The notes under the pieces are model-generated. The model was not told where the DNA came from. It did not search any database and saw only the letters and a program-made list of their open reading frames with translations. A DNA stretch of 64,000 nucleotides from the NCBI GenBank assembly GCA_035471805.1, contig DATIPS010000004.1, forward strand, positions 973-64,972, in the 5' to 3' direction. The stretch is from Acidimicrobiia bacterium. GTDB taxonomy: Bacteria; Actinomycetota; Acidimicrobiia; Spongiisociales; JAHEDJ01. Below, piece by piece: positions 48,869 through 57,403 of this stretch. A program made the position numbers and the translations under genes. Position 1 is the first letter of the stretch. Each line of letters starts with the position of its first letter.

Positions 48869-49120
48869 ATGACGTTTCTCTGTACGCTCATCGATCTCTA
48901 CGTGCTGGTCCTCTTCGGGAGGATCATTCTCAGTTTCTTCGAGGTACCGTCCGATCATCCGGTGGGCCGGATTCGCTCGATTCTGGCCTCACTGACCGAT
49001 CCCGTCCTCATTCCGCTTCGCAGGGTCATTCCTCCGGTCCGGATGGGTCCGGCCGCCCTCGATCTCTCTCCGCTCGTGGTCCTGCTCGGACTCAGCCTGC
49101 TCAGATCCGTCGTCTGCTGA
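48869..49120 (+). CDS. yggT: YggT family membrane protein
   Basis: 83 aa, two TM helices, with the YggT-like motif LTDPVLIPLRRVIPPV. Position between sepF and divIVA. Confidence 0.7.
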   Translation: MTFLCTLIDLYVLVLFGRIILSFFEVPSDHPVGRIRSILASLTDPVLIPLRRVIPPVRMGPAALDLSPLVVLLGLSLLRSVVC

Positions 49121-49183
49121 GCGCGCCGATCGCCGGCAGTTCTGACTAAGCTCAGCCGACGACCTTCACGAGGATCCGGAGCT

Positions 49184-50059
49184 ATGCCACTGAGCCCAAT
49201 CGACGTACAACAGCAAACCTTCAAGGTTGCCCTGCGGGGCTACGCCGAGGACGAGGTCGACGAGTTCCTCGACGAGGTGGTCATCTCATTGCGGGACTTC
49301 GAGCAGCGTCTGCGCGACGCTCAAGAGCGAATCGCAGTTCTCGAAGAGCAGCTCTCCGCCAACCGTGAAACCGAAGACGCCATGCGTCGGACCTTCCTGG
49401 TCGCTCAGCGAACCGCAGATGCGATTCTGGAGGAGGCAAGAGCCGAGTCGGAACGACTCCTGGCCGAAACGCGCGGAGAGGTCAACCGTGTGGCTAGCGA
49501 GCAGACAGAGGAAAAGGCAAGGCTCCTCGCCGAGACGGCGATGTTGCGCGACCGCGTCCACGGATTGCGGGCGGCCCTCTCAGACCTGGCGACCGGCACC
49601 ATGAGGCGGCTCGACGTGCTCGATGTGGACGCGGTTGCCGACCGGATCGCTGCAGTCGCCGATCGCGAAGCGGTTGATTCGGCTCCGGCCGCCCACAGTG
49701 AGTTCCCAGAGCCGGCGGATCGGGCCTTCGATGCCGAAGAACCGGCCGGTTTCGGCCGCCATGCCGGCGAACCGATCGATCTGGATGACCTGGCGGAACA
49801 GGAGCTTCCCACCCTCGACGACGCGGTTCTCGGTGTAGTGGACGAGGAAGCGGATGCCGATGATGACTTCGACTATGAAGGCGGCGATGACGGCGAGCCG
49901 GTGGAGAGTTTCTCCGACTTCGAGGAAGAGGAATCCGAGGACGAGCCGGAAGACGCCGCGGAGATCGCCGAGGTTCCGGAGTGGATGACCCGCGACCGCT
50001 CTGAGAACATCGACTCGCGGCCTTCCTACCGGCGCCCCTGGGAGCGAGACGAAGGCTGA
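49184..50059 (+). CDS. divIVA: DivIVA (Wag31-like) polar scaffold protein
   Basis: MPLSPIDVQQQTFKVALRGYAEDEVDEFLDEV N-terminal lipid-binding domain, then coiled-coil, then a very acidic C-terminal tail. Confidence 0.85.
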   Translation: MPLSPIDVQQQTFKVALRGYAEDEVDEFLDEVVISLRDFEQRLRDAQERIAVLEEQLSANRETEDAMRRTFLVAQRTADAILEEARAESERLLAETRGEVNRVASEQTEEKARLLAETAMLRDRVHGLRAALSDLATGTMRRLDVLDVDAVADRIAAVADREAVDSAPAAHSEFPEPADRAFDAEEPAGFGRHAGEPIDLDDLAEQELPTLDDAVLGVVDEEADADDDFDYEGGDDGEPVESFSDFEEEESEDEPEDAAEIAEVPEWMTRDRSENIDSRPSYRRPWERDEG

Positions 50060-50080
50060 CACGAATAGAGGAGCTCCGGG

Positions 50081-53000
50081 TCAGTCGCCCGACTTCTCCA
50101 CCAGAAGGCCGAATGAGACCCCCGCCAGGTCGGCCTTCTCGTCCAGTTCGGTGCGCCGGATGCCCGTCGCCAGGACTTCGTCCGTGATCAGATCGGCATG
50201 AGCTTCGAACGCCGACGCTATCCGGGGATCGTCGCTCGACCATGCAACCGTGATCCGATCCGTTACGTCCAGGTCGAGATCCCGGCGTGCCGTCTGGATG
50301 CGGTTCACGATCTCACGGGCAAACCCCTCGATCACCAGGTCTTCGCTGAGTTCGACGTCGATGGCCACCGAGATGGCGCCTTCGGTGGCGACCACGACCC
50401 CCGTCTTGGGGTTGCGCTGCAGAACGACATCTTCGAGGCTGAGTTCGTGACCTGCGACGCTCATCGTCGATCCGTCCTGGAGGCGGTGTAGCTCGGCGGA
50501 GGTGGCGTCCTGCAGAGCCAGATCGATCGCCTGCACGTCCTTCCCGAAGCGCGGGCCCAGAATCTTGAAGTTGGCCCGGGCGGACAGTTCGACCAGATCG
50601 CCCTCATCCTGACTGGTGGCAACGACCTTCACGTTCAACTCGTCGGCGATGAGGTCGATGTGGGAGCCGACGGCGTTTGCCACGGTCCGGTTCCTGGTCA
50701 GGACGGTGACGCTCGCCAGGGGCTGGCGAACCCGCAGGCTGTGTTGCTTGCGGATGTTGTGTCCGAGCCGCACCACTGTGCGTATTGCCGACATCGCCTC
50801 CTCGAGTTCCTCGTCGATGAGCGACCGGTCGGCCGACGGATAGTCGGCCAGGTGAACGGATTCGGGTGCGTCCTCGTCCTGGGCCACCACCAGCTCCTGG
50901 TGCAGATGCTCCGTGACGAAGGGCAGCACGGGCGCCAGGACCTTCGAGAACATCACCAGGGACTCGTACAGAGTGGCGAAGGCCGACAGCTTGTCGGCGT
51001 CGTCGGCGCTGCGCGTCCGCCAGAACCTTCTCCGCGAGCGCCGGATGTACCAGTTGGTGAGATCGTCGATGAACGACAGCGTGGGCCCGACGACGTTGTA
51101 GAGGTAGTAGCCCTCCATCTCTTCGTTCACGCGCAGGATGAGGCTCTGCAGCACGCTGAGCAGCCAGCGGTCTAGTTCCGGCCTGTCTTCGACGGCGGGC
51201 GCCGACCGGAGGTCGGCCATCGTGATGCCGTCGGCCTCCGCGTAGGTCGTGAAGAACGAGAAGGCGTTCCACAGGGGCAGCAGCACAGTGCGCACGACCT
51301 CACGGACGCCGCTCTCGGAGAACCGGAGCGACTCGGCGCGCATCAGCGGCGAATCGATCAGATAGGCCCGCAGAGCGTCGGCACCGTAGGAGTCGAGGAT
51401 GTTGGTCGGGTCCGGATAGTTCTTGAGGCTCTTCGACATCTTGCGACCGTCCTCGGCGAGGATCATCCCCGAGACGATGCAGTTCTGGAAGGGCTCTTTG
51501 TCGAACAGAGCAGCCGCCAGGACCACGAGCGTGTAGAACCATCCCCGCGTCTGGTCGAGACTCTCGTTGATGAAGTTGGCCGGGAAGTTGGATTCAAACC
51601 AGGCGCGATTCTCGAACGGGTAGTGAGGTTGCGCGTAGGGCATCGAACCGGACTCGAACCAGCAGTCGAGAACCTCTGGAACCCGCACCGCCGTAGCCCC
51701 GCACTCCGGGCATTCGAACGTGACCGGATCGACGAAGTGTTTGTGCAGGTCGTCGACCCGCACCCCCGACAGGCTCTCGAGTTCGTCGATCGACCCGACG
51801 CAGGTCGTGTGGCCGTTCGAACACTCCCACACGGGTATGCAGGAGCCCCAATAGCGGTTGCGGCTTATTGCCCAGTCGCGGGCACCTTCGAGCCAGTTGC
51901 CGAATCGCCGCTCGCCGACGTGAGAAGGCACCCAGTGGATGTTCTTGTTCAACTCGACCATGCGGTCTTTGAAACTCTCGACCGCCACGAACCAGGTCGG
52001 GATGGCTTTGTAGATCAGAGGGGTCTCGGTGCGCCAGCAGAAGGGGTAGGAGTGGCGTATCTGATCGCGTTTGACGAGAAGGCCCTTCAGTTTGAGGAGA
52101 TCGATGAGTTTGGAGTCGGCGTCCTTCACGTACATCCCCGCCACATCAGGCACCTCGTCGGTGAACCGTGCCTCGGCGTCGATCGGATCGACGAGGGTGT
52201 CGAGACCGGCGGCCTGGAGTGTGTAGAAGTCGACCTCTCCATAGGCCGGAGCCATGTGGACGAGGCCTGTTCCCTCCTCGGTGCTCGTCTCCGCCGATTC
52301 GAGGATCCGGAAGGCTCCACGGTCGCGTTCCTCACCGAAGTAGTCGAACGGCGGTTCGTAGGTCGTACCGACGAGATCCGCACCTCTGGCTCTGGCGACG
52401 ATCTCGCCGCCCTCCGGCCACAGGGTGTGGACGAGAGCCTCTGCGATCCAGTACTGGTCCCGGCCGTCGCGGACGCACACGTAGTCGATGTCTCCCCCTA
52501 CCGCCACAGCGAGGTTGCCGGGCAGCGTCCACGGTGTGGTGGTCCAGATGAGCAGCCAGTCTCCCGGCCGGGCTCCGCCGGTTCCCGAGACGACGCGCAG
52601 GCGAACTGTGATCGCCGGGTCGTCGACGTCGCGGTAGTCCATGTTTGCTTCGAAGTTCGACAGGGGAGTCGTGGCGCCCCACGAGTAGGGCAGGACCTTG
52701 AAGTCCCGGTAGATGAGACCCTTGTCCCAGAGCTGCTTGAAGACCCACCAGACAGATTCCATGAACTCCGGATCCATCGTCTTGTAGTCGTTCTCGAAAT
52801 CGATCCAGCGGCCGATTCGTTTGGTGATGTCCTCCCACTCTTCAGTGGTTTGGTTGACCATCACCCGGCAGGCTTCGTTGTATCGGTCGATGCCGTATTC
52901 CTGGATTTCGCGCGGGCCGGAGATTCCCAGCTGCTTCTCGACTTCCATCTCCACGGGCAAGCCGTGCGTGTCCCAGCCGAATCTGCGCTCGATGCGATGA

Positions 53001-53233
53001 CCCCGCATCGTCCAATAACGCGGAACGATGTCTTTGATGACTCCGACGAGTATGTGCCCGTAGTGCGGGCTGCCGGTGGCGAACGGAGGCCCGTCGTAGA
53101 AAGTGAAGCTCTGGTCCTCGGGCCTCTGCTCTATCGACTTCTCGAACGCATCGATCCGATCCCAGAGTTCCAGGATTCGCGCGTCGAGCGCCGGAAGATC
53201 TACGTTCGATGCGACTCGGCGGAACCCTTTCAT
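50081..53233 (-). CDS. ileS: Isoleucyl-tRNA synthetase (type 2)
   Basis: HIGH-type motif GSPHYGHIL, KMSKS (GRKMSKSLKN), and CP1 editing domain. 1050 aa. GAGGAG lies 10 nt upstream of the ATG. Confidence 0.95.
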   Translation of the reverse strand: MKGFRRVASNVDLPALDARILELWDRIDAFEKSIEQRPEDQSFTFYDGPPFATGSPHYGHILVGVIKDIVPRYWTMRGHRIERRFGWDTHGLPVEMEVEKQLGISGPREIQEYGIDRYNEACRVMVNQTTEEWEDITKRIGRWIDFENDYKTMDPEFMESVWWVFKQLWDKGLIYRDFKVLPYSWGATTPLSNFEANMDYRDVDDPAITVRLRVVSGTGGARPGDWLLIWTTTPWTLPGNLAVAVGGDIDYVCVRDGRDQYWIAEALVHTLWPEGGEIVARARGADLVGTTYEPPFDYFGEERDRGAFRILESAETSTEEGTGLVHMAPAYGEVDFYTLQAAGLDTLVDPIDAEARFTDEVPDVAGMYVKDADSKLIDLLKLKGLLVKRDQIRHSYPFCWRTETPLIYKAIPTWFVAVESFKDRMVELNKNIHWVPSHVGERRFGNWLEGARDWAISRNRYWGSCIPVWECSNGHTTCVGSIDELESLSGVRVDDLHKHFVDPVTFECPECGATAVRVPEVLDCWFESGSMPYAQPHYPFENRAWFESNFPANFINESLDQTRGWFYTLVVLAAALFDKEPFQNCIVSGMILAEDGRKMSKSLKNYPDPTNILDSYGADALRAYLIDSPLMRAESLRFSESGVREVVRTVLLPLWNAFSFFTTYAEADGITMADLRSAPAVEDRPELDRWLLSVLQSLILRVNEEMEGYYLYNVVGPTLSFIDDLTNWYIRRSRRRFWRTRSADDADKLSAFATLYESLVMFSKVLAPVLPFVTEHLHQELVVAQDEDAPESVHLADYPSADRSLIDEELEEAMSAIRTVVRLGHNIRKQHSLRVRQPLASVTVLTRNRTVANAVGSHIDLIADELNVKVVATSQDEGDLVELSARANFKILGPRFGKDVQAIDLALQDATSAELHRLQDGSTMSVAGHELSLEDVVLQRNPKTGVVVATEGAISVAIDVELSEDLVIEGFAREIVNRIQTARRDLDLDVTDRITVAWSSDDPRIASAFEAHADLITDEVLATGIRRTELDEKADLAGVSFGLLVEKSGD

Positions 53234-53416
53234 CAGGCCTCTGCTCCTCGTGTTTCGGGCCAGTCATCGTAGTGGGAACAAACCTGCTGCCCGCCATCAT
53301 TACGGTCGCACTGCGTGGTGCCACGGCCCGGGCGGGTCCACCGGGCGGCCCGCTCGAGCGAACGTCCTCGCCAGTAGCGATTCGCAATTCCGCTCTGCCG
53401 TGCCGAGGATTGACGA

Positions 53417-53734
53417 ATGATCAGCCGGACAGACCTGGAAGGGGCTCTGCGGGCCGACGGGCCCGACACCGTCATCGACGTCTGGGTGATTCCCGGTGCT
53501 CGACGGTCCGGGGTGGCAGGCATACACGACGGCGCCCTGCGGGTCCGTGTCGGAGCGCCTCCCGAAGGTGGCCGGGCAAACAAGGCGGTGCTCGCCCTGC
53601 TCGGCGAGCTCCTCCCTGCTCATCTGAGCCTCGAAGGCGGGTCGACCTCGCGACGCAAGAAGGTCCGTGTGGAGGGTCGATCCCCGGAGGCGGTGGCGAC
53701 CCTGCTTGTCGAGAATCTGGCCGCCCGCGGATAG
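53417..53734 (+). CDS. DUF167 (YggU) family protein
   Basis: VWVIPGARRSGV...LRVRVGAPPEGGRANKAVLALL...STSRRKKVRVEG matches the DUF167 pattern. Confidence 0.75.
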   Translation: MISRTDLEGALRADGPDTVIDVWVIPGARRSGVAGIHDGALRVRVGAPPEGGRANKAVLALLGELLPAHLSLEGGSTSRRKKVRVEGRSPEAVATLLVENLAARG

Positions 53735-53735
53735 C

Positions 53736-53765
53736 GCAACGAACGAAGCGCCGGCTTGTTCGTGC
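53736..53765 (+). terminator. Imperfect stem-loop directly after the DUF167 stop
   Basis: GCAACGAACGAAG / loop cgccgg / CTTGTTCGTGC gives 11 bp with two single-nucleotide bulges. A weak T-rich stretch follows (tatgtt). Confidence 0.3.
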
Positions 53766-53766
53766 T

Positions 53767-53794
53767 ATGTTCCTCCCGCCAAGAGGAGGAACAT
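53767..53794 (+). promoter_or_regulatory. Perfect 10-bp hairpin occluding the Shine-Dalgarno and start codon of the dksA-like gene
   Basis: ATGTTCCTCC (53767-53776), loop cgccaaga, GGAGGAACAT (53785-53794). The 3' arm contains GGAGGA and the first two bases of the ATG at 53793. Confidence 0.45.
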
Positions 53795-54167
53795 GGCTCG
53801 TCAACTCGCCTCAGGAACGCTCGGTCGGCTTCGGAAGAAGCTCGAACAGGAGCGCGATCGTCTGGCGGACCTGCTCGATGAGCACGAGCAGGAACGTGAG
53901 GAGGCGCGACTCGCCGAGACCGCATCCGAGCGCAGTCCGGATCCCATGACCGCAGAAGGCGGTTCAATGGCTTTCGAATACGAGAAGGAACTCTCGATCG
54001 ATCAGAACACCGCCGATCTCCTGCTCAAGATGGAGCACGCCCTCGCTCGAATAGAACGCGGTGAATACGGAATCTGTGAGGCGTGTGCGAAGCCGATCCC
54101 TGTCGCCCGCCTGGAGGCGCTTCCCTACGTCACCTTCTGCGTTGACTGTGCCAGAGACAGAAGCTGA
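53793..54167 (+). CDS. TraR/DksA family C4 zinc-finger protein
   Basis: Start trimmed to the ATG at 53793. Coiled-coil N-terminus and C-terminal CEACAKPIPVARLEALPYVTFCVDC. Confidence 0.8.
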   Translation: MARQLASGTLGRLRKKLEQERDRLADLLDEHEQEREEARLAETASERSPDPMTAEGGSMAFEYEKELSIDQNTADLLLKMEHALARIERGEYGICEACAKPIPVARLEALPYVTFCVDCARDRS

Positions 54168-54636
54168 CCTGAGCCCCAGGTCCCGGCGAGCCTTTGTCCT
54201 CGGTGGAGCAACCGCCGCGATCGTCATAGTCGCCGATCGCATCACCAAACTGTGGGCGCTCAACGCCCTCGCCGATGCCGACATTGTCGCGATCGACGGC
54301 ATCCTCAGCTTTGAACTGGCATTCAACACCGGTGCGGCCTACGGCCTGCTGAAAGGCGGCGGGAGCTTCATAGCCGTGGGAGCGATCCTGGCAACGGGAC
54401 TGATCATCTACGCTCTGCGGTCCGTCGAAGGGCGTTTCGAGGCGATCACACTCGGTGCGATCATGGGCGGTGCCCTCGGTAATCTGACCGACCGCATCGC
54501 CCGCGGACCCGGTTTGTTCGACGGTGCGGTAGTCGACTGGATTGAGACACCCTTATGGCCGAATTTCAACATCGCAGACAGCGCCATAGTGGTGGGGGCG
54601 GTTCTGCTCGTTCTGGCGGCACTCCGGCGCGGCTGA
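54148..54636 (+). CDS. lspA: Lipoprotein signal peptidase II
   Basis: Start placed at the in-frame GTG at 54148 (TTG at 54142 also possible). Motifs FNTGAAYG, VDWI and FNIADSAIV (catalytic Asp). Four TM helices. Confidence 0.8.
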   Translation: MPETEADLSPRSRRAFVLGGATAAIVIVADRITKLWALNALADADIVAIDGILSFELAFNTGAAYGLLKGGGSFIAVGAILATGLIIYALRSVEGRFEAITLGAIMGGALGNLTDRIARGPGLFDGAVVDWIETPLWPNFNIADSAIVVGAVLLVLAALRRG

Positions 54637-55556
54637 TTCGGGCGGTACCCGCCGACCTGGCCGGAGAACGCGCCGACAAGATCATTGCGGTTCTGGCCGG
54701 CATCAGCCGGTCGGCCGCGTCCGACCTGATCGAGGGTGGTCGGGTGGAGGCGGAAGGGAAGCCAGTCTCCCGGAGGGAGCGTCTCGGCGCCGGAGTCGTG
54801 TTGAGCTTTCCCGAACCTTCCTCGCCCGTCGGACTCCAGCCGGATGAATCCGTACCGTTCACGGTCCCATACGAGGACGAATGGATTGCCATTATCGACA
54901 AGCCTGCCGGAGTGGTCGTACATCCGGGAGCCGGGAGAGACACCGGCACGCTGGCGGCAGGAGTTCTCGCTCGCTGGCCTGAAGTCAGAGGGGTCGGCGA
55001 AACAGACCGCTGGGGAGTCGTACACCGCCTCGATCGAGAGACATCGGGCCTGCTGCTGATCGCCAAGGAAGCCCCGGTGCTGGCTCGGCTGCAGGCCGCC
55101 ATCGCCTCCAGGGAGGTCTCCCGCCGGTATTACGCGCTCGTCCACGGGCGGCTCGACATGACCACCGGGACGATCGATGCTCCGATCGGTCGGGATCCGT
55201 CACGCGCAACACGAATGGCGGTGGTGGTGGAGGGAAGGCCGGCTCGTACCCACTACACGCTCAAATCGGTGTGGGGCGACCGTGTTTCCCTACTCGACAT
55301 CTCGCTCGAGACCGGGCGCACCCATCAGATAAGGGTTCATCTCGCCTCCATAGGTCATCCCGTTTTCGACGATCGTGCCTATGGAAAGGGCGGGGCAGCG
55401 TCGGGAGCCGGCAGGTTGTGGCTACACGCCCATCATCTCGAACTGGATCATCCCGAAACCGGCGCCCGCCTGATCGTGGACTCGCCCCTTCCGCCGGAGT
55501 TGTCAAGGTCGCTCGAAGCACTCGGTGAGCCCGACGTCGGGCCGGACGATGGTTGA
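54555..55556 (+). CDS. rluD: RluA/RluD family 23S rRNA pseudouridine synthase
   Basis: S4-like N-terminus (GERADKIIAVLAGISRSAASDLIEGGRVEAEGK) and catalytic HRLDRETSGLLLIAK. The only canonical in-frame start before the S4 domain is the ATG at 54555, which gives an 82-nt overlap with lspA. Confidence 0.8.
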   Translation: MAEFQHRRQRHSGGGGSARSGGTPARLIRAVPADLAGERADKIIAVLAGISRSAASDLIEGGRVEAEGKPVSRRERLGAGVVLSFPEPSSPVGLQPDESVPFTVPYEDEWIAIIDKPAGVVVHPGAGRDTGTLAAGVLARWPEVRGVGETDRWGVVHRLDRETSGLLLIAKEAPVLARLQAAIASREVSRRYYALVHGRLDMTTGTIDAPIGRDPSRATRMAVVVEGRPARTHYTLKSVWGDRVSLLDISLETGRTHQIRVHLASIGHPVFDDRAYGKGGAASGAGRLWLHAHHLELDHPETGARLIVDSPLPPELSRSLEALGEPDVGPDDG

Positions 55557-56382
55557 CCGGGAGGCGCTCTCGGCCCTCCGCCATTCGATACTCACCTCGG
55601 CTTTCGCGCCGGAGGGTGTCCCGGAGAAGGTGGCGGCCGCCGGGGTGCTGGCTGCCTGTCCGCTCGAATCGAAGAGTCTCGAGGACTTCCTGCGATGGGG
55701 ATCCACACCTTCGACAACGACTGCGGCCACTTCCTTCGGCGCACTGGCCCGCAGTGCTTATGCCGGCACCGTCGAGCCCGGGCTGGTCGGGCCGGTGGCA
55801 GGCGAATACGGCAGGCGGGGCGTGGCCGGCGCCGTCGGCATCGGCGCAGCAGCCAGGATGTTCGACGGATTGCGGACTCCGGCTCCGCAACGAATGTGCA
55901 CGCCGATCGAGCCGCCGAAACAGAACGATGAGACGCGGCCGACCCTCATTCGCATCCGCAAGGCGTTCGACACGGTGCCACCCCCGTGGGGTGTTATGTC
56001 CTGGCAGCCGCGCACGCTCGGCCGGTGGTGGGACCTCCACGAGTTCGTCATGGCACCGGGACAGCTCACCGGGGACGAGAAGCGGTTGGTGATGGTCGCC
56101 GTCTGTGAAGTACTGGGAATGGCCGGGCTCTCCGGGGCCTATGAGTCTCTGCTGGCGGGTTGGCCGAAATCGGAGATCGAACAGGTGCTGTCTGCCGAGA
56201 GCAGGCGTATCCGGCGAGGTGTCCGATCGGCACTGGTTTCGATTGGTGCATATGCCACGGGTGCGCTCGAGTCCGAACGGTTCGAGCTGGCTGCGGCGGC
56301 GATGCCACAGGAACGAGCCGCCGAGTTCCGCGCTCTCGTAGACATCGCGGCGGGTTTGGCGGCCTTCGGCCCCCTCAGCTGA
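55549..56382 (+). CDS. Hypothetical protein
   Basis: Start trimmed to the ATG at 55549, overlapping the rluD stop. High GC3 frame. The opposite-strand ORF is Arg-rich junk. The region GQLTGDEKRLVMVAVCEVLG looks faintly AhpD/CMD-like, which is not enough to name the protein. Confidence 0.45.
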   Translation: MVDREALSALRHSILTSAFAPEGVPEKVAAAGVLAACPLESKSLEDFLRWGSTPSTTTAATSFGALARSAYAGTVEPGLVGPVAGEYGRRGVAGAVGIGAAARMFDGLRTPAPQRMCTPIEPPKQNDETRPTLIRIRKAFDTVPPPWGVMSWQPRTLGRWWDLHEFVMAPGQLTGDEKRLVMVAVCEVLGMAGLSGAYESLLAGWPKSEIEQVLSAESRRIRRGVRSALVSIGAYATGALESERFELAAAAMPQERAAEFRALVDIAAGLAAFGPLS

Positions 56383-57403
56383 AGAACGTGGCTGCCAGTC
56401 CGTAGAGGTCCTCATCGACCCCCCTGACTGACTCGCAGGCTTCGGTCAACGGAACCGAGACCATCTCGTCGGCCCGTACGGCCACCATGACCCGGCTTTG
56501 GCCGGCCAGCGCCAGATCGACTGCTGCTGCCCCGAACCGCGTGCCGAGCACCCGGTCGAAAGCTGTGGGAGTTCCGCCCCGCTGCAAGTGGCCGAGCACT
56601 GTGACGCGTGTCTCGAAACCGGTCCGCGATTCCAGTTCGGGCGCGATCTGATAGGCGACTCCGCCGAGCCGCTCGAAACCGAATGCGTCGACGGGATGGT
56701 CGACCGACACGCCGTCCGGAGGTGCGACGCCTTCGGCCACTACAACCACCGAGTAGGTCCGGCCCTGCCGGTGGCGCCGCTTGAGGGCTGCGGCGATGTC
56801 ATCCAGGTCGTACGGCACCTCCGGAATGAGGAGCCCATCGGCGCCACCGGCTATCGCCGCGTAAGTGGCTATCCATCCCTTGGTCCTGCCCATCACCTCG
56901 ACGAGCATGATCCGGTTGTGTGACTCCGCAGTCGTGGCGATCCGGTCCACCGCCTCGGTGGCGATGCTCAGGGCGGTATCGAAGCCGAATGTGTAGTCCG
57001 TTGCCGCGATGTCGTTGTCGATCGTCTTCGGGACGCCGACTACCGAGAGACCTTCTTCGGAAAGCTTCAGGGCCGTGCGAAGCGTGCCGTCGCCGCCGAT
57101 CACGATCAGGGATTCGATGCCGTTGCTTTCGATCGTGCGGCGAACGCTCTCATACCCGTCTCCGTGCACATAGGGGTCCATCCTCGAGGTGCCGAGGATC
57201 GTCCCGCCGCGCGACAGGATGCCGCGCACGCTGTCCCTGTCGAGGGGCCGGGTGCGCCCGTTCATCAGGCCTTCCCAACCGTTTTGAACTCCGACGACTT
57301 CTGCGTCGTAGTGCTCGCCGGCCCGGCCGACGACGGCGCGGATCACTGCGTTCAAGCCGGGACAGTCCCCTCCTGCGGTCAGGACGCCGATGACCCCGCT
57401 CAT
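56375..57403 (-). CDS. pfkA: 6-phosphofructokinase, PfkA family (Gly at the GGDG position, Lys in PKTIDND)
   Basis: IGVLTAGGDCPGLNAVIRAVV, IGGDGTL, VPKTIDNDI and MGRTKG. Its ATG overlaps the stop of the upstream PFK paralog (ATGA). Confidence 0.9.
   Translation of the reverse strand: MSGVIGVLTAGGDCPGLNAVIRAVVGRAGEHYDAEVVGVQNGWEGLMNGRTRPLDRDSVRGILSRGGTILGTSRMDPYVHGDGYESVRRTIESNGIESLIVIGGDGTLRTALKLSEEGLSVVGVPKTIDNDIAATDYTFGFDTALSIATEAVDRIATTAESHNRIMLVEVMGRTKGWIATYAAIAGGADGLLIPEVPYDLDDIAAALKRRHRQGRTYSVVVVAEGVAPPDGVSVDHPVDAFGFERLGGVAYQIAPELESRTGFETRVTVLGHLQRGGTPTAFDRVLGTRFGAAAVDLALAGQSRVMVAVRADEMVSVPLTEACESVRGVDEDLYGLAATFFS

Noticed and set aside
55261-56415. 384-aa minus-strand ORF opposite rluD and the hypothetical gene
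   Set aside because: Arg/Pro/Ser-rich junk translation. The plus-strand frames carry the RluD motifs and a high-GC3 coding pattern.
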